The notes under the pieces are model-generated. The model searched no databases, was not told where the DNA came from, and was given only the letters and a program-made list of their open reading frames with translations. A program made the translations under genes and the position numbers. A stretch of DNA of 64,000 nucleotides from Octopus vulgaris (lineage: Eukaryota): contig OX597817.1 of assembly GCA_951406725.2 (NCBI GenBank), positions 69,502,001-69,566,000 on the forward strand, written 5' to 3'. Shown here piece after piece: positions 12,702-25,880 of this stretch (its first letter is position 1; the number at the start of each line of letters is the position of its first letter).

Positions 12702-13191
12702 TATATATATATAGATATACTAACATGATGGTCTTCTTTCAGTTTTTTTCTAATATTCACTCATTCACTCACAAGGTTAGGAAGTAAACTTTTTATGACA
12801 CCACCACACTGGTGCCTATATCCCTTTATTGGGATTCAAAGACCCTTAGGCAGGAAGGAGGTAAGAACCTGGCCCAAATACTTGCAATAGAAGGGACTCT
12901 ATTAAAGGTACCAAGATTTGAGATGGTGGCATTAAATCAGGCAACCAGCCAAGTAGAGCATGGCTAGAGTTCAGAATGGAAAAAGCCAGAACATATATCA
13001 CAAGCCATTTGGTCTGATTTTGAAAATGTTCCACCAATCCACCTTCCTGGGCTGGTACATCTTTTATTGGCGCTGAAAGGACGAAAGGTAAAGTTGACCT
13101 CAGAGACTAATGTTTAGAGTACAAGTATGCGTGTGTGGAATGTTTGTGTGTATATTAACCTACTTATCTATGTATTTTTTTTATGAACTTG

Positions 13192-13267
<76 letters not shown>

Positions 13268-13272
13268 CCTAA

Positions 13273-13319
<47 letters not shown>

Positions 13320-14209
13320 CCTACCTACCTACCTACCTACCTACCTACCTACCTACCTACCTACTTACCTATCAGTTGGTCAGTCGGACTGTTGTCTGCC
13401 CATCTCTCTCTGCCTGTTTTTCTATCAAACTGTCTATTTCTATATATATGTGTGTATAATATACACATATATACATGTATGCTTATGTGTTTAGATATAT
13501 CTATTTTATGTATGTCCGATATACTTCATTTCATGTTGCTCCTGTTCTTCATATTTCACCGAATTAGTTTGTTTGTGTGTGAGGGTTTGTGTGTATTTGT
13601 GTTTGGTGTATGCACCCAAGTTTGAATACACACATTCATGTGTGTGTGAGCATGCACGTGTGTGTGTGCTTGTAATTATTGGGTGTATCTATGTTTTATT
13701 TCTATACACAATACAAACCAGTCATGTCCATTAAGAATGGTATTAATTGCTTATTGTCATAAAAACTAGTGGGTCCCTAAGACTTTCTTTGCTTAATTAT
13801 ATACATTTTATACTTTTTTTATTATGCCATAGTTCTATTATCCATCAGTTATGGATATCACAAAGGTTTCAACCCAAATTGATCACAATAAGCAGCTTCC
13901 CTTTATATGTGTAAATGAGATAATGAATATGATTTTGAAAACTATACGCATGTGTGCATATGTGTGTGTGTGTGTGTGTACTTTGAAGACTGTTCATGTT
14001 TGCATGTGTGTGTGTATGCACAGATGTCTTTTATCTTGTATCTTTCACTTGTCTTTGTCGTAAGTCTGGCCATGCTGGGGCACTGCCTTAAAGGGTTTAG
14101 TTGAACAAATTTATCCTGATACTTTTATTTTTATGGAGATGTAAACAAACCAACACCGGTTGTCAAGCAGTGGTGTGGGCACAACAAACACAAAGATACT
14201 CACATACAC

Positions 14210-14253
<44 letters not shown>

Positions 14254-14391
14254 ATTATTATCATTATTATTGTTATTATTATTAATATTATTATTAAGTT
14301 TGAAAACAGAGATACAAATTAATCTATCAATTAATTAAGATCTTCACCTACAATTGTTTAATTTCACATCCAATTTAAACTACAAAACATA

Positions 14392-14630
14392 TCATCATCA
14401 TCATCATCGTCGTCGTCGTCGTTTAACGTCCATTTTCCATGCTAGCATGGGTTGGACGATTTGACTGAGGACTGGCAAACCAGATGGCTGCACCAGGCTC
14501 CAATCTTGATTTGGCAGAGTTTCTACAGCTGGATGCCCTTCATAACGCCAACCACTCCGAGAGTGTAGTGGGTGCTTTTACGTACCACCGGCACAAGGGC
14601 AAGTCAGGCGGTACTGGCAATGGTCACAGG
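14392..14630 (-). mobile_element. RTE-type 3'-tail repeat
   Basis: (CAT)n-GTTTAACGTCC..TTTCCATGCTAGCATGGGTTGGAC..CAGCTGGATGCCCTTC, closely matching 62626-62915. Confidence 0.8.
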
Positions 14631-15255
14631 AAATCGTGTTTTTTTTTGTTTTAAATCTTGCATTTGAAAATACCCTTTGCATGCCATGATGATTTACACC
14701 CAAGGTATTTTGAAATGCAAGGTTATATATTATATATGTTTTGTAGTTTGAATTGGATGTGAAATGAAGCAATTGTAGGTGAAGATGTTAATTAATTAAT
14801 AAATTAATTTGTATCCATTAGATCTTAATAATAATAATTGATATTTCATGATATTTTATATAGTATATTCATTGAAGAAATGTCTCTTTAAAATACAATA
14901 TATAGAACCAGTGTATCTTAGATAAAAACATCCCTATAAGAGGTCTAAATATCCTCATAGTGACTATATATATATATGAAAGATGGAATATGAGAATTAT
15001 TAATCATGACAATTGTTTGATGCATCTAGCATTGATCTCTCACATTTTATTATCCATCATATACACACACACACGCATGTATGCATGCACACACACACAT
15101 ATATACATACATACTTACATTCATTTAAGATTCGAAAAAGTTATCATTATATATAACATTAATGATAAAGTGGCCAGCAAACATAATTCAAAGAAGTAAA
15201 ATACATAATAAAAAGTCAGGTTACAATATATACACGTTATACCCTGACATTTTAT

Positions 15256-15302
<47 letters not shown>

Positions 15303-15312
<10 letters not shown>

Positions 15313-15721
15313 ATTTAGGAATGGTCATTTTGCCAGTTTAGCCAATAAAAACACACGCACTATATATTTGGTGTTACTTTGCTTCAGCTTTATTTCTTTT
15401 TTACATTAATCTTAATCTTATTTCGGCCAGAGTTCTTTCGTCACACTCCTGTGACCACATCAGTGGTCCTTTGTTTTCTTCTTACAAATAAGTAAGAAGA
15501 AAACAAAGGACCACTGATGCGGTCACAGGAGTGTGACGAAAGAACTCTGGCCGAAATAAGATTAAAATGTAAAAAATAAATAACACTGAAGGAAAGTAAC
15601 ACCAAATATATAGTGTGTGTGTTTTTATTGGCTAAACTGGCAAAATGACCATTCCTAAATACAACAATATCTGTTTCAACACATGACTTCACATAAAAAA
15701 TCTTGCACAACAAATATTTAA

Positions 15722-15723
<2 letters not shown>
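15303..15723. mobile_element. Long fold-back insert in (TA)n carrying hammerhead-like motifs, probable Penelope inverted pLTR
   Basis: Arms 15303-15485 and 15492-15670, 6-nt loop, 53-nt unpaired tail, (TA)n on both sides. Confidence 0.7.
15511..15550 (+). ncRNA. Minimal hammerhead-like motif (mirror copy on the minus strand at 15427-15466)
   Basis: CCA-CTGATGCG-GTCACA-ggag-TGTGAC-GAAA-GAAC-TC-TGG. Core position A9 is altered. Confidence 0.5.
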
Positions 15724-15755
<32 letters not shown>

Positions 15756-15790
15756 ATTGACACACTCACATATACATATTGAATATGTAC

Positions 15791-15829
<39 letters not shown>

Positions 15830-18047
15830 CCGACCGAAGCTTTGTGATTGAATTCGGTAGGTGGAAGTTACTGCCATGTGTGTATGTGTGCGTATAGCTG
15901 CTCATTGCCTCTCCGAAAGAGAGAGAGGGATATCGAGAGAATTCACAAAAAAAAAAACGAAAGATGAAGACAGGTGGTGTAGACAACAAAGAGATGTATT
16001 AGTTTAATGCTCAGGAAGGGAAAACCCTAAAACGAAGTGCCCAACCCCAAAAGGATGAAAGGTAAGGTTAACCATGGTGAAATTTGAACTCAGTATATAA
16101 CACAGATGAGATGTCCTAAGCATTTTCTCTGGCATATTAATATTTCCTGCAGCTCACTTTATATATGTATATATAACTTGTTTTGTCTTTGATATGTCAT
16201 TCTGTTTAAGTTATGTTATTATATTAACACTTTGATAAAATTGAATTATTCTCTACCATTAAGTCCTTTGCTAAACTTTGCGTCAAGAAATATTCTATTG
16301 TTGCATTTACCAATTATTTATTCTTGTTACTGTCATATATGTATGTGTGGCTATGTGCATGTATGTAAACTAGTATCTATGTTTGTTTATAATTATCTGT
16401 GTACACACACACACAGATAAGTGTATGAGTAATATTAAGTGTAACAAAATACTGTCTTCTCATTTCTGTTGTTCAACAACTATAGCATTAAAATGGAATG
16501 AAAGTGAAAGTAGAGAACAAATGAAATGCAAACTGAAAAGTTGTTGTTGCTGTAGTTGCTGATTCATGATGTAATATTAAATAATTTCACTATATGAAAG
16601 TAACCACAAAGTTTTAAAATGGTTTAAATGTGGTAAAATAATTATCACCTAAGAATTTCCATTTCATTTTAGTTATTTCTTGAGGATATTAACAAATATA
16701 AATATGTATTTCCATTGTCAGTGGATCAATGATTGAAGCTGTTCAGCTTTAGTTTGATACGGATCAGTAAATAAAAGTATAAGTTTGTGTGTTATGTTGG
16801 AGGAAACAAGATAGAAAAGAAGAAACTTTTAACTTCTTGAACTGGTTCTGTTGATCAGCAAAGACATGAATGACAAAAACAATAAAATAAAAGAGTTGTA
16901 ATTAAGAATTTCATGACCAAAGGGTGGATCATGACATATGTACTTCAAATTCTGTTTTGTGAATTTATTCTTATCAAACAATTTTTTGTAAGTGCAGGCC
17001 ACTGTTTGTATCCTCAGGCTTTTGTATTTTACTTTGGTGGCTTTTAATTTATTTCTCATTTAGTTGCTTACTGTGAACATTGTATTATCAAGATAAGCTG
17101 TTAGAATAATGGTAAGAGCAACAGTAGGCCTCTGGCTGAGTTCTTTGTCAGGTTAAGACCCTGGTTATGTTATTCCAGTTTTTTTTTACTTCTTTTATCT
17201 CTGATTTCTGGCTATAGCAATGGTTTACACAAAGATATTTTTGAATGTATTCTATGTGTTAAGAAGACCTCCCCTGCATGCATTATTTAAAATTATTTCA
17301 TGTCTATCTTGACGTCCTTCTGGTTGTATGGTGAATGTAGGTGAAATTAAAATGGCTACACTCAGGGACAGAAATTGGGTCACATAATTCAACTACAATA
17401 ATACCTCACTTTATGAGGACCTGCTTTATGAGACCCCTGGTTTACAAGTTTTATTTTCTGTATATGAGTTTTCTCCGGGAACAAGTTAACTCATATATTA
17501 AGGCATTACTGTACTTTGAGTGTGTGTGTGTATGAATTTATGTGTGTGTGTGTAAATAGATAACATGATCTGGAGAAAAAAGGAAATAATTTTAAAGGAA
17601 ATAATTTTGTTAGATTTTCTTTATTTTATTATAGGTAAATTACATTGCTTAATAAAAGTACATTTTACAAAAGTTCTTTTAACCAATCAGGTCACTTGAA
17701 TTTCTGATAGGCAGCTGACTCTGGTATGTCTATGTTTGTTTGTTTATTTGTATATATTTTTGTTGAGCTTTTGCATCATAAAGTCTTCTCTCTTCACTCA
17801 TGTTTTTAATATTTTAATGTATCAAGCTGGCAGAATCAGCACGCCATGCAAAATGCTTAGTGGCATTTCATCCATTTTTACATTTTGAGTTCAAATCCCA
17901 CCGAGGTCAGCTTTGCCTTTCATACTTTTGGGGTGAATAAAATAAGTACCAGTTGAGCACTGGCTGATGTAATTAACTTACCCTTGCACTAAAATTTGAA
18001 ACCAATTTGTATTCAATTGGTTTTGTTAATTGGTGGCTTTCATGGTT

Positions 18048-18277
18048 ACTCTTTTACTCTTTTACTTGTTTCAGTCATTTGACTGTGGCCATGCTGAAGC
18101 ACTGCCTTTAGTCGAGCAAATAGACCCCAGGACTTATTCTTTGTAAGCCTAGTGCTTATTCTATCAGTCCCTTTTGCCGAACCGCTAGGTTACGGGGATG
18201 TAAACACACCAGCATCAGTTATCAAGTGATGTTGGGGGGGACAAACACAGACACACAAACATATACACACACGTACA

Positions 18278-18339
<62 letters not shown>

Positions 18340-18742
18340 CATATATACGACAGGCTTCTTTCAGTTTCCGTCTACCAAATCCACTCACAAGGCTTTGGTC
18401 GGCCCAAGGCTATAGTAGAAGACACTTGCCCAAGGTGCCACACAGTGGGACTGAACCCAGAACCATGTGGTTTGTAAGCTACTTATCTCTTTACTACCCA
18501 CAAGGGGCTAAACACAGAGGGGGCAAACAAGGACAGACACACGGATTAAGTCAATTACATTGACCCCAGTGCGTAACTGGTACTTATTTAATCGACCCCG
18601 AAAGGATGAAAGGCAAAGTTGACTTTGGCAGAATTTGAACTCAGAACGTAACAGCAGACAAAATACGGCTACGCATTTCGCCCGGCGTGCTAACGTTTCT
18701 GCCACCTCGCCGTTTGTAAGCTACTTACCGCACAGCCACTCC
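18048..18742 (-). mobile_element. Family A SINE, full length, interrupted by a family B SINE
   Basis: Reverse complement of the 8596 element. The head resumes after the insert at 18728. Confidence 0.9.
18486..18711 (-). mobile_element. tRNA-derived SINE, family B
   Basis: Minus strand GGCGAGGTGGCAGAAACGTTAGC..GAGTTCAAATTC..CCTTTCATCCTTTCGGGGTCGA, with 16-bp TSD GTTTGTAAGCTACTTA (18470-18485 and 18712-18727). Confidence 0.9.
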
Positions 18743-19396
18743 TACACAGCCTAGTGCAAGTTATATTGTAATTGTGTATGTTGTAGGAATATGCATGTGT
18801 GCATACAGGTATGTGTTTAAATATATATATAGTTCATGGATGAGATTCAGATATTCTTTGCATAGAATATACTTAGTAGTGCTCAAGAGATTTAAACTTG
18901 AGCTGGTGGAGAAATAAATGTAAGGACAAGCAGTTTGGACAGGTCAATATATATAGTACTAGCTTAAAAACTGCCTTATTGGGTGGCTTTTAAGCAAGTA
19001 TATAGCTTTTAAGCAACTGACCCTGAATGAAAAGATCTGCAAATAGATCACTGACTTGTTTTGGAGAATTTGTTACAATTGTTTCTTCCAGAGTCATATC
19101 CCAATGATGATTATATTCGTCACAAAAAATCATGTAAAAAAATTACCGAAAACAATCATGGTAAAAAAAATATAGGAATCCAAAATTTCAGCATTGCAAG
19201 TCTGGATTTGGCCTGGAATGTTTTTAATTTACTTATGGAGTTGGCTTGATTCCAAAATGGTATGATATGTTGAGCTACAGAGTAAAGTTGAAAAAGCATG
19301 ACACACTGACATTCATTATATTATATTATTATATTATATTAATTATATTATATTAATTATATTATATTAATTATATTATATTATTATATTATATTA

Positions 19397-19615
19397 AGGC
19401 AGTGAGGTGGCAGAATTGTTAGCATGCCAGGCACAATGCTTAGCGGTATTTTGTTTGCTGTTAGGTTTTGAATTTGAATTCCACCAAGGTCGACTTTGTC
19501 TTTCATCCTTTCAGCATCAATAAAATTAGTACCAGTTATGTATTGGGGTTGATGTAATCGAATTAATCCCTGTGCCCAAAATTTGAGGCATTGTGCTTCC
19601 ATTAGAAAGGATTTA
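19397..19615 (+). mobile_element. Family B SINE
   Basis: AGGCAGTGAGGTGGCAGAATTGTTAGC..TTTCATCCTTTC..TACCAG. Other copies at ~17825-18005, 24247-24447 and 28730-28914. Confidence 0.8.
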
Positions 19616-19749
19616 TTAAAGTTGAAAAAGTGTGACACGCTAGCATTCACATCTATTGTATTAGATATGTTTAATTTTGGGGAAAATTTATTTCAATTAA
19701 AGTGAATTTTATATATATGTGTGTATGTGTGTGTATGTGTGTATGTATT

Positions 19750-19787
<38 letters not shown>

Positions 19788-20496
19788 AAAGTAAAAAGTA
19801 AAAAAAAGCAAAGTGCTATATGTGTGTGTAAAAGTGTTCAGTATGTTGGTTCAGTGTTCAGCATGTTAGCCACAGGAATTTCTGTCAGAGACTTGGTTAA
19901 ACAAGGTTCTCCATCATCTCTCTCTTTGTCTTGCATACCCACTCTTTCTCTCTCTCTCTCTTATTATTACTCCCACTACCACCATCAACGTTACTACTTT
20001 TAATACAAGATCATCAATTCTCCTTAAATTTCTTTGTCTCTCTTTCTCTCCCTCTCTTTTTCTTTCTCCCTAACTCTCTGTCTGTCTTCACCACTACCCT
20101 CACCATCTCTATGCCTACTATTACTCTCACCTCAGCATGAGGAATAGCAGAAGTGTCATTGAATGGAGAGAGAGAGAGAGAGGTGGGGGTGGGTCAAAGT
20201 GTGACACACTGACACACAGAAATTCGTTTTTGCATTTATTATATTAGATATTAAAATACATGAAATACAAAAAATGTATGTAACATACATATAAAAAGAT
20301 CCAATTTACATGGAATACAAATGATATAGAGAATTAAAGGGGTGAAGGAAATATGTATAAATACGAATGTGATTATTCATATGATTTCCTTCACCTACAT
20401 ACACACAGCTTATTTACGTCAAAGAGATTTGTTACAACAGTCTCAATGTCTTTGAATGTCCTCCTCATTCAATGTCCAGTAACAAATATTCATATT

Positions 20497-20742
20497 CAGG
20501 CATGGCTGTGTGGATAAGAAGCTTGCTTCCCAGCCATATTGTTTTGGGTTCAATCCCACTGTGTGGCACCTTAGGCAAGTGTCTTCTATCATGCCACTTG
20601 TGAGTGGTTTTGGTAGATGGAAACTGAAAGAAGCCTGGAAATTCTTGTGATGCCTTGGATATTCAAATGAAGTGTAAACGGTTTCCAAACCATAAATGCT
20701 GCCGGAGAGTATGTTCCTAATTGAGTTGTGTGTGTGTGTGTG

Positions 20743-20773
<31 letters not shown>

Positions 20774-21281
20774 ATGTGTGCATTTGTGTTTGTGTGTATG
20801 TGTGTATGTGTGTTAGTGTGTGTGTGTGTTTGTGTGTTTATGTGTGTTTGTGTATGTATTTGTGTTTGTGTGTATGTGTGCATTTGTGTTTGTGTGTATG
20901 TGTGTATGTGTGTCTGTGTGTGTATGTATGTGTGTGTATTTGTTTGTGTGTGTGTGTGTTTATGTGTACATGTGTGTGTTTGTATGTGTATGTGTGTTAG
21001 TGTGTGTGTGTGTGTGTGAGTGTGCATATGTGTTTGTGTGTACCTTTGTCTAGACATCACGTGATTATTATAAATGAGCACCATTATTATACAAGTGATA
21101 TTTTTTCTTTCCAGTTGTCCATAAAAAAACATGTTTAACTAAGGAAAAATCTCACATTGCTTGCAAAAAGATTAGGTTTGGTGACAGGAAGATCATCCAT
21201 CTGTAGAAAATTCACCCCAACAAATTCCGTCAGATGCATGTAAGTATAGAAAATGGACATTAGATGAGGATTTTGATGATG
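20497..21281 (+). mobile_element. Family A-head SINE with RTE-type tail and expanded internal (TG)n
   Basis: CAGGCATGGCTGTG..GGGTTCAATCCC head, ~300 bp of TG-rich repeat, tail GGTGACAGGAAG..CATCC..CTGTAGAAAA..(GAT)n. Confidence 0.65.
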
Positions 21282-21800
21282 TTACATAGACACAAACTTT
21301 CAGGAGTTCACAGAGTACTTTGAATATTTAGGATCTTGCTTTTGCCAAGAACTTAAGTGCTATAATCTAAATGCAGCCAACTTATTATAGAGGAGTCACA
21401 TACATTGCTCTTCAAAAAAACAAAAAAAAAGAAAGAACAAGAAAAAAAAGCAATCTGGTAACACATCTGTGTTTGTTTTAGACATTGATAGTAATCAGTA
21501 AACTTGTGTTCCGAATCAAAACACGAAGAAGGGACCCTCACCCACTTCAATGCAACCCCAGCGTTGATTGCATATGGTAACGGGAAAGTGTAAATCATAC
21601 ATGTAATTTTATTGAATTTCAAATGGATTTGATATATTTATAAATATTGAAGATTTGATAAACGAAGTACAAAAGAAAGAAAAAGTAAAACATGCAACAA
21701 ATATTTAACAACAACAGATCATAACAAAGAGGGTAACGATTATAATAATGATTTCTGATATAATAAATGGTATGGCAACAATTAGGATGTTAGAAATAGT

Positions 21801-21835
<35 letters not shown>

Positions 21836-21854
21836 TAATAATAATGATAATAAC

Positions 21855-21887
<33 letters not shown>

Positions 21888-21918
21888 ACTACTAATAATA
21901 ATAATAATAATAATAATA

Positions 21919-22603
21919 AGATGGACAAGAAACAATGAGATTGGAGATGGACAAGAAACAATAAATCATATTATCTCTAGCTGCCCAGTCCTGGCTAAGA
22001 AGGAATATATTCACAGACATGACAGAGTTGGAACCTACATACATTGGAAGCTATGCCAACATTATGGAATAACAACAGAAAAAAGATGGTATAGGCACAC
22101 ACCAGAAAAGGTCACAGAAAACGAGAAAGCAACCATACTCTGGGATATGCCGATACACACAGATAGAGAAATTAAGGCCAACAGACCAGATATAGTTGTC
22201 AGAGATCATGAAGGAAAAAAATGCTTTTTAATTGATGTATCAATACCGGCAGATGACAACGTGTCTCTAAAAGAAATGGAGAAACTCTCAAAATACAAAG
22301 ACCTGGAAATAGAGGTAACTAGAATGTGGAATCTGAAAACAGAAACAATTCCTATCATAGTAGGTGCATTAGGCATGATAAAAAAATATTCAGACAAATA
22401 CATAACAAAAACACCAGGACTTACAAACACATATAACATACAGAAAATTGCACTACTAGGCACTGCCCACATCCTACGCAGAACACTTTCCATACAATAA
22501 CCATCAGAGCATCACAACAAATCACAGCACATACCCAAGGCACACAGAGCTGCGCTCGGTAGTGAAGTGAAAGCACGCTATAAAAATAAAAATAAAACTA
22601 CTG
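21919..22603 (+). mobile_element. 5'-truncated R4/Dong-clade non-LTR retrotransposon (RLE endonuclease C-terminus and 3' UTR)
   Basis: ETINHIISSC (zinc-knuckle end), RHD, RPDIVV..IDVSIP..KLSKYKDL (restriction-like endonuclease), stop at 22500, embedded in (TAA)n on both sides. Confidence 0.92.
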
Positions 22604-22679
22604 AATAATAATAATAATAACAATAATAATAATGATAATAATGATAATAATAATGATAATAATAATAATGATAATAATG

Positions 22680-22728
<49 letters not shown>

Positions 22729-22826
22729 CTAAATATTGATTTCTGATATTGGCTCACACAACCATACTACAACTGCTGCAACTTTTGCTGCTGCTGCTAC
22801 TACTACTATTAATGATAATAAAAATG

Positions 22827-22874
<48 letters not shown>

Positions 22875-22875
22875 G

Positions 22876-23235
22876 ATCTTCTTTATTGGCCACAAAGGCT
22901 GAACACAAAATAAATAGGAATAATATGACATGAGGGACAAGTGGGGTTAAGCACAATTTTCATGTACAAAACAAATAACAATTACAATTAACAACAAAAT
23001 TTAAACAATAAAATTCTCCAAAAGTGGGTGGGGGAATTCCTCACAAGGTCAACCAAGGAACCCTACACATCCTGGTCACCCTGACCTCCAAGGGCACCAC
23101 AGGCAAGCATGTCACTTACTCTCAACTTCTCTGGCCTACAAGTGCATGTTCAGAGTAGGTCCATTAACATGGGCCATCCTCATTACGTTCACGTACCTTT
23201 CGACAAAAATACTGGGAGGCAGTACTACCCTCTCC
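22876..23235 (-). mobile_element. Probable Tx1/L1-like LINE 3' end
   Basis: Minus strand ERVVLPPSIFVERYVNVMRMAHVNGPTLNMHL*, followed by a T-rich UTR, AATAAA and a (TTA)n tail. Confidence 0.4.
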
Positions 23236-23550
23236 AGAAGGCAACGAAAACAATGACAAGAACAACAGCACCAATAAAAGTTTCAAACAACAACCAAAGC
23301 AACAACAACAATAACAACAATAATAGAAAGGAAGTGCATCCTCATTGAAGTGTTGGTTTCCAACAGTTGATAATGTTTGTTTAAAAGAAATAGAAAAATT
23401 ATCGAATTAGATAGTTTTGGAAATAGAGATAATCCTAATTTTGGGAATGAAAACAAACAATTCCTATCATAATAGATCTTTAGAAAGGATTGGAATAAAA
23501 CAAAAAGTACTGAGCATTACCCAAGGAAAAACTTAAGATTCACAAATATA

Positions 23551-24116
23551 TTGGGTTGTCTGGAAATTTCTTGCTGATTTATAGTAGCTTACCTTTTGAC
23601 TTATTTTAGAACATGGTTGAGTTCATAAAATAGGATTTGACAACACCTCCATTTAGAGCACAGTTTAAGCTATCTTTTTGTGGAAGAAGGTATATCTTCC
23701 TATAACCTGTGTTAATTCTGTAACCCTTTAAAATGGAAGATAAGAAAGTTCATCTTCGGCACTTGATGCTTTGGAAACCAGACAAAAATTGCTGCAGCTT
23801 GGCTGGGATGTGTTACCCCACCCTCCATATTCACCAGATATTGCTCCTTCGGATTTCCACTTATTCAGGTCTCTGCAGAACAGTCTTAATGGTAAAAATT
23901 TCAATTCATTGGATGACGTAAAAAGATACCTTGATGAATACTTTGCCATGAAACCACCTCAATTCTGGGAAGAGGGTATTTTAAAGTTAAAGGAAAGATG
24001 GAGACGCATTATACAACAAAATGATTCATATTTAGTTGATTAAAAATGTAATGGCAAGTATTTATTAACCTTTTTCTTTCCTTTAAAAATCAGCACAAAC
24101 TTTCCGGACAACCCAA
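23551..24116 (+). mobile_element. Internally deleted mariner transposon
   Basis: TIRs TTGGGTTGTCTGGAAA / TTTCCGGACAACCCAA with TA TSDs. N-terminal MEDKKVHLRHLML is joined to C-terminal LPHPPYSPDIAPSDFHLF (mariner YSPDLAP motif). Confidence 0.95.
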
Positions 24117-24171
24117 TACATACCGTACAGAAAATAGCAATACCAGGTACAGCTAATTTATCATGTAGTGT

Positions 24172-24697
24172 ATAGTGGTACCTTAGGCAAGTGTTTTCTA
24201 CTGTAACCTTAAGGTGACCAAAGACTTGTGAATGAAATTGGAAGCACACCGGGCGAAATGCTTAGTGGTATTTTGTCTGCTGCTATGTTCTGAGTTCAAA
24301 TTCAGCCAAGGTTGACTTTGCCTTTCATCCTTTCGGGGTCGATTAAATAAGTACCAGTTACGCACTGGGGTCAATATAATCGACTTAATCTGTTTGTTCT
24401 TGTTTGTCCCCTCTATGTTTAGCTCCTTGTGGGCAGTAACAAAATAAGAAACTGAAAGAAGCCTGCTGTATGTGTGTGTGTGTGTGTGTGTTTGTCCTCC
24501 AACCACTTGACAACCATTGCAACCATTGTTGGTTTGTTTATGTCCCCATAACTCCGCAGCTTAGCAAAACAAGACTGACAGAATAAGTATCAGGTTTGAA
24601 AAAAAGTACTAGGGTTAATTCATTCGACTAAAAGTTCTTCAAGATGGTGCACCAGCATGGCTACAGTCTAATGACTGAAACAGATAAAAGATAAAAT
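24172..24697 (+). mobile_element. Family A SINE with a nested family B SINE (~24247-24447)
   Basis: Family A body is split between GAAATTGG and GAAACTGAAAGAAGCC by family B sequence. Confidence 0.7.
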
Positions 24698-25183
24698 TGC
24701 AACCTAGCGCTTGAACACCAGCCACACAGAACATTTGAAACATTAACCTCACCCAACAAAATAAGCAAACACAATGCATTTACATACTCTCCACCATTAC
24801 TATTTGACACTCAAATATAGAACAGCAGTTATGCAGAAAATAAGAAACATTAACAACACACAAAAAAAAACAACTTAATTTACACTACACTCACAACATA
24901 TACTCTAACACACACACACACACACATACAAAACACTAATATAACACCAGAAACAACAAAACAAATAAATCCCAGAACAAGGGAAAACTGATGTAATAGA
25001 GAAATGCATATTGCACATCCCCCAAAATGCTTTGCTTGCACACATCTACTAAATATAGAGCAGCACTTGGTGGTGCATTGGCAAACAGAATAATAATGAT
25101 GATAATGATGATGATAATGATAGTGATGATGATGATAATGGTGAGTGATAAATAAATAGATAGATAGACTGATAGAGAGACAC

Positions 25184-25226
<43 letters not shown>

Positions 25227-25269
25227 CACAGTTAGATAGATAGATAGACACAGATAGATAGATAGACAC

Positions 25270-25302
<33 letters not shown>

Positions 25303-25743
25303 TAGATAGATAAATAGATAGATAGATAGATAGATTTAGATAGATAGATAATAAATGCAATAAACAGTAATTTAAAACTCTTTCTTGCTCAGAAGTTAAT
25401 GGAATTTCAATCCTAGTAATTAAATTTCTCAAAACTTGAAGTACCTGAACATAGCATTATGTTATAAACTATGATATTGTTATTATCATTATATTTTGTT
25501 TATATTACTCTTTTATCCGAGCAACATTAGTTTATATGGTGCTGGATAAGTTATCGACAATTTTGTGCATTTTAAATGGTGTGCATTATCGCAAATCAAT
25601 TGATGCTGATGTAAAACAACATATAATTGTTATATATGATAAAATTAAATTATAATTTAAAGAAAAAAAAAAATTGTTTATCTAAGTATCCAAGTTTTCA
25701 TGTATGTGTGTATCAATATGTGTATATATGTGTATGAGTGCAA

Positions 25744-25782
<39 letters not shown>

Positions 25783-25831
25783 ATATATGTGTGTGTGTGT
25801 GTGCATGTGTCTGTGTGTGTAAATATATTTA

Positions 25832-25880
<49 letters not shown>

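Noticed and set aside
1428-21573. Plus-strand candidate exons (1428-1481, ~5765-5803, 19092-19160, ~21482-21573)
   Set aside because: Splice-like signals are common in AT-rich DNA, frames are ambiguous and no peptide is recognisable.
21748-21918. Poly-Ile N-terminus of the 250-aa ORF as a membrane anchor
   Set aside because: It is the (ATA)n target repeat read in frame with a truncated retroelement.
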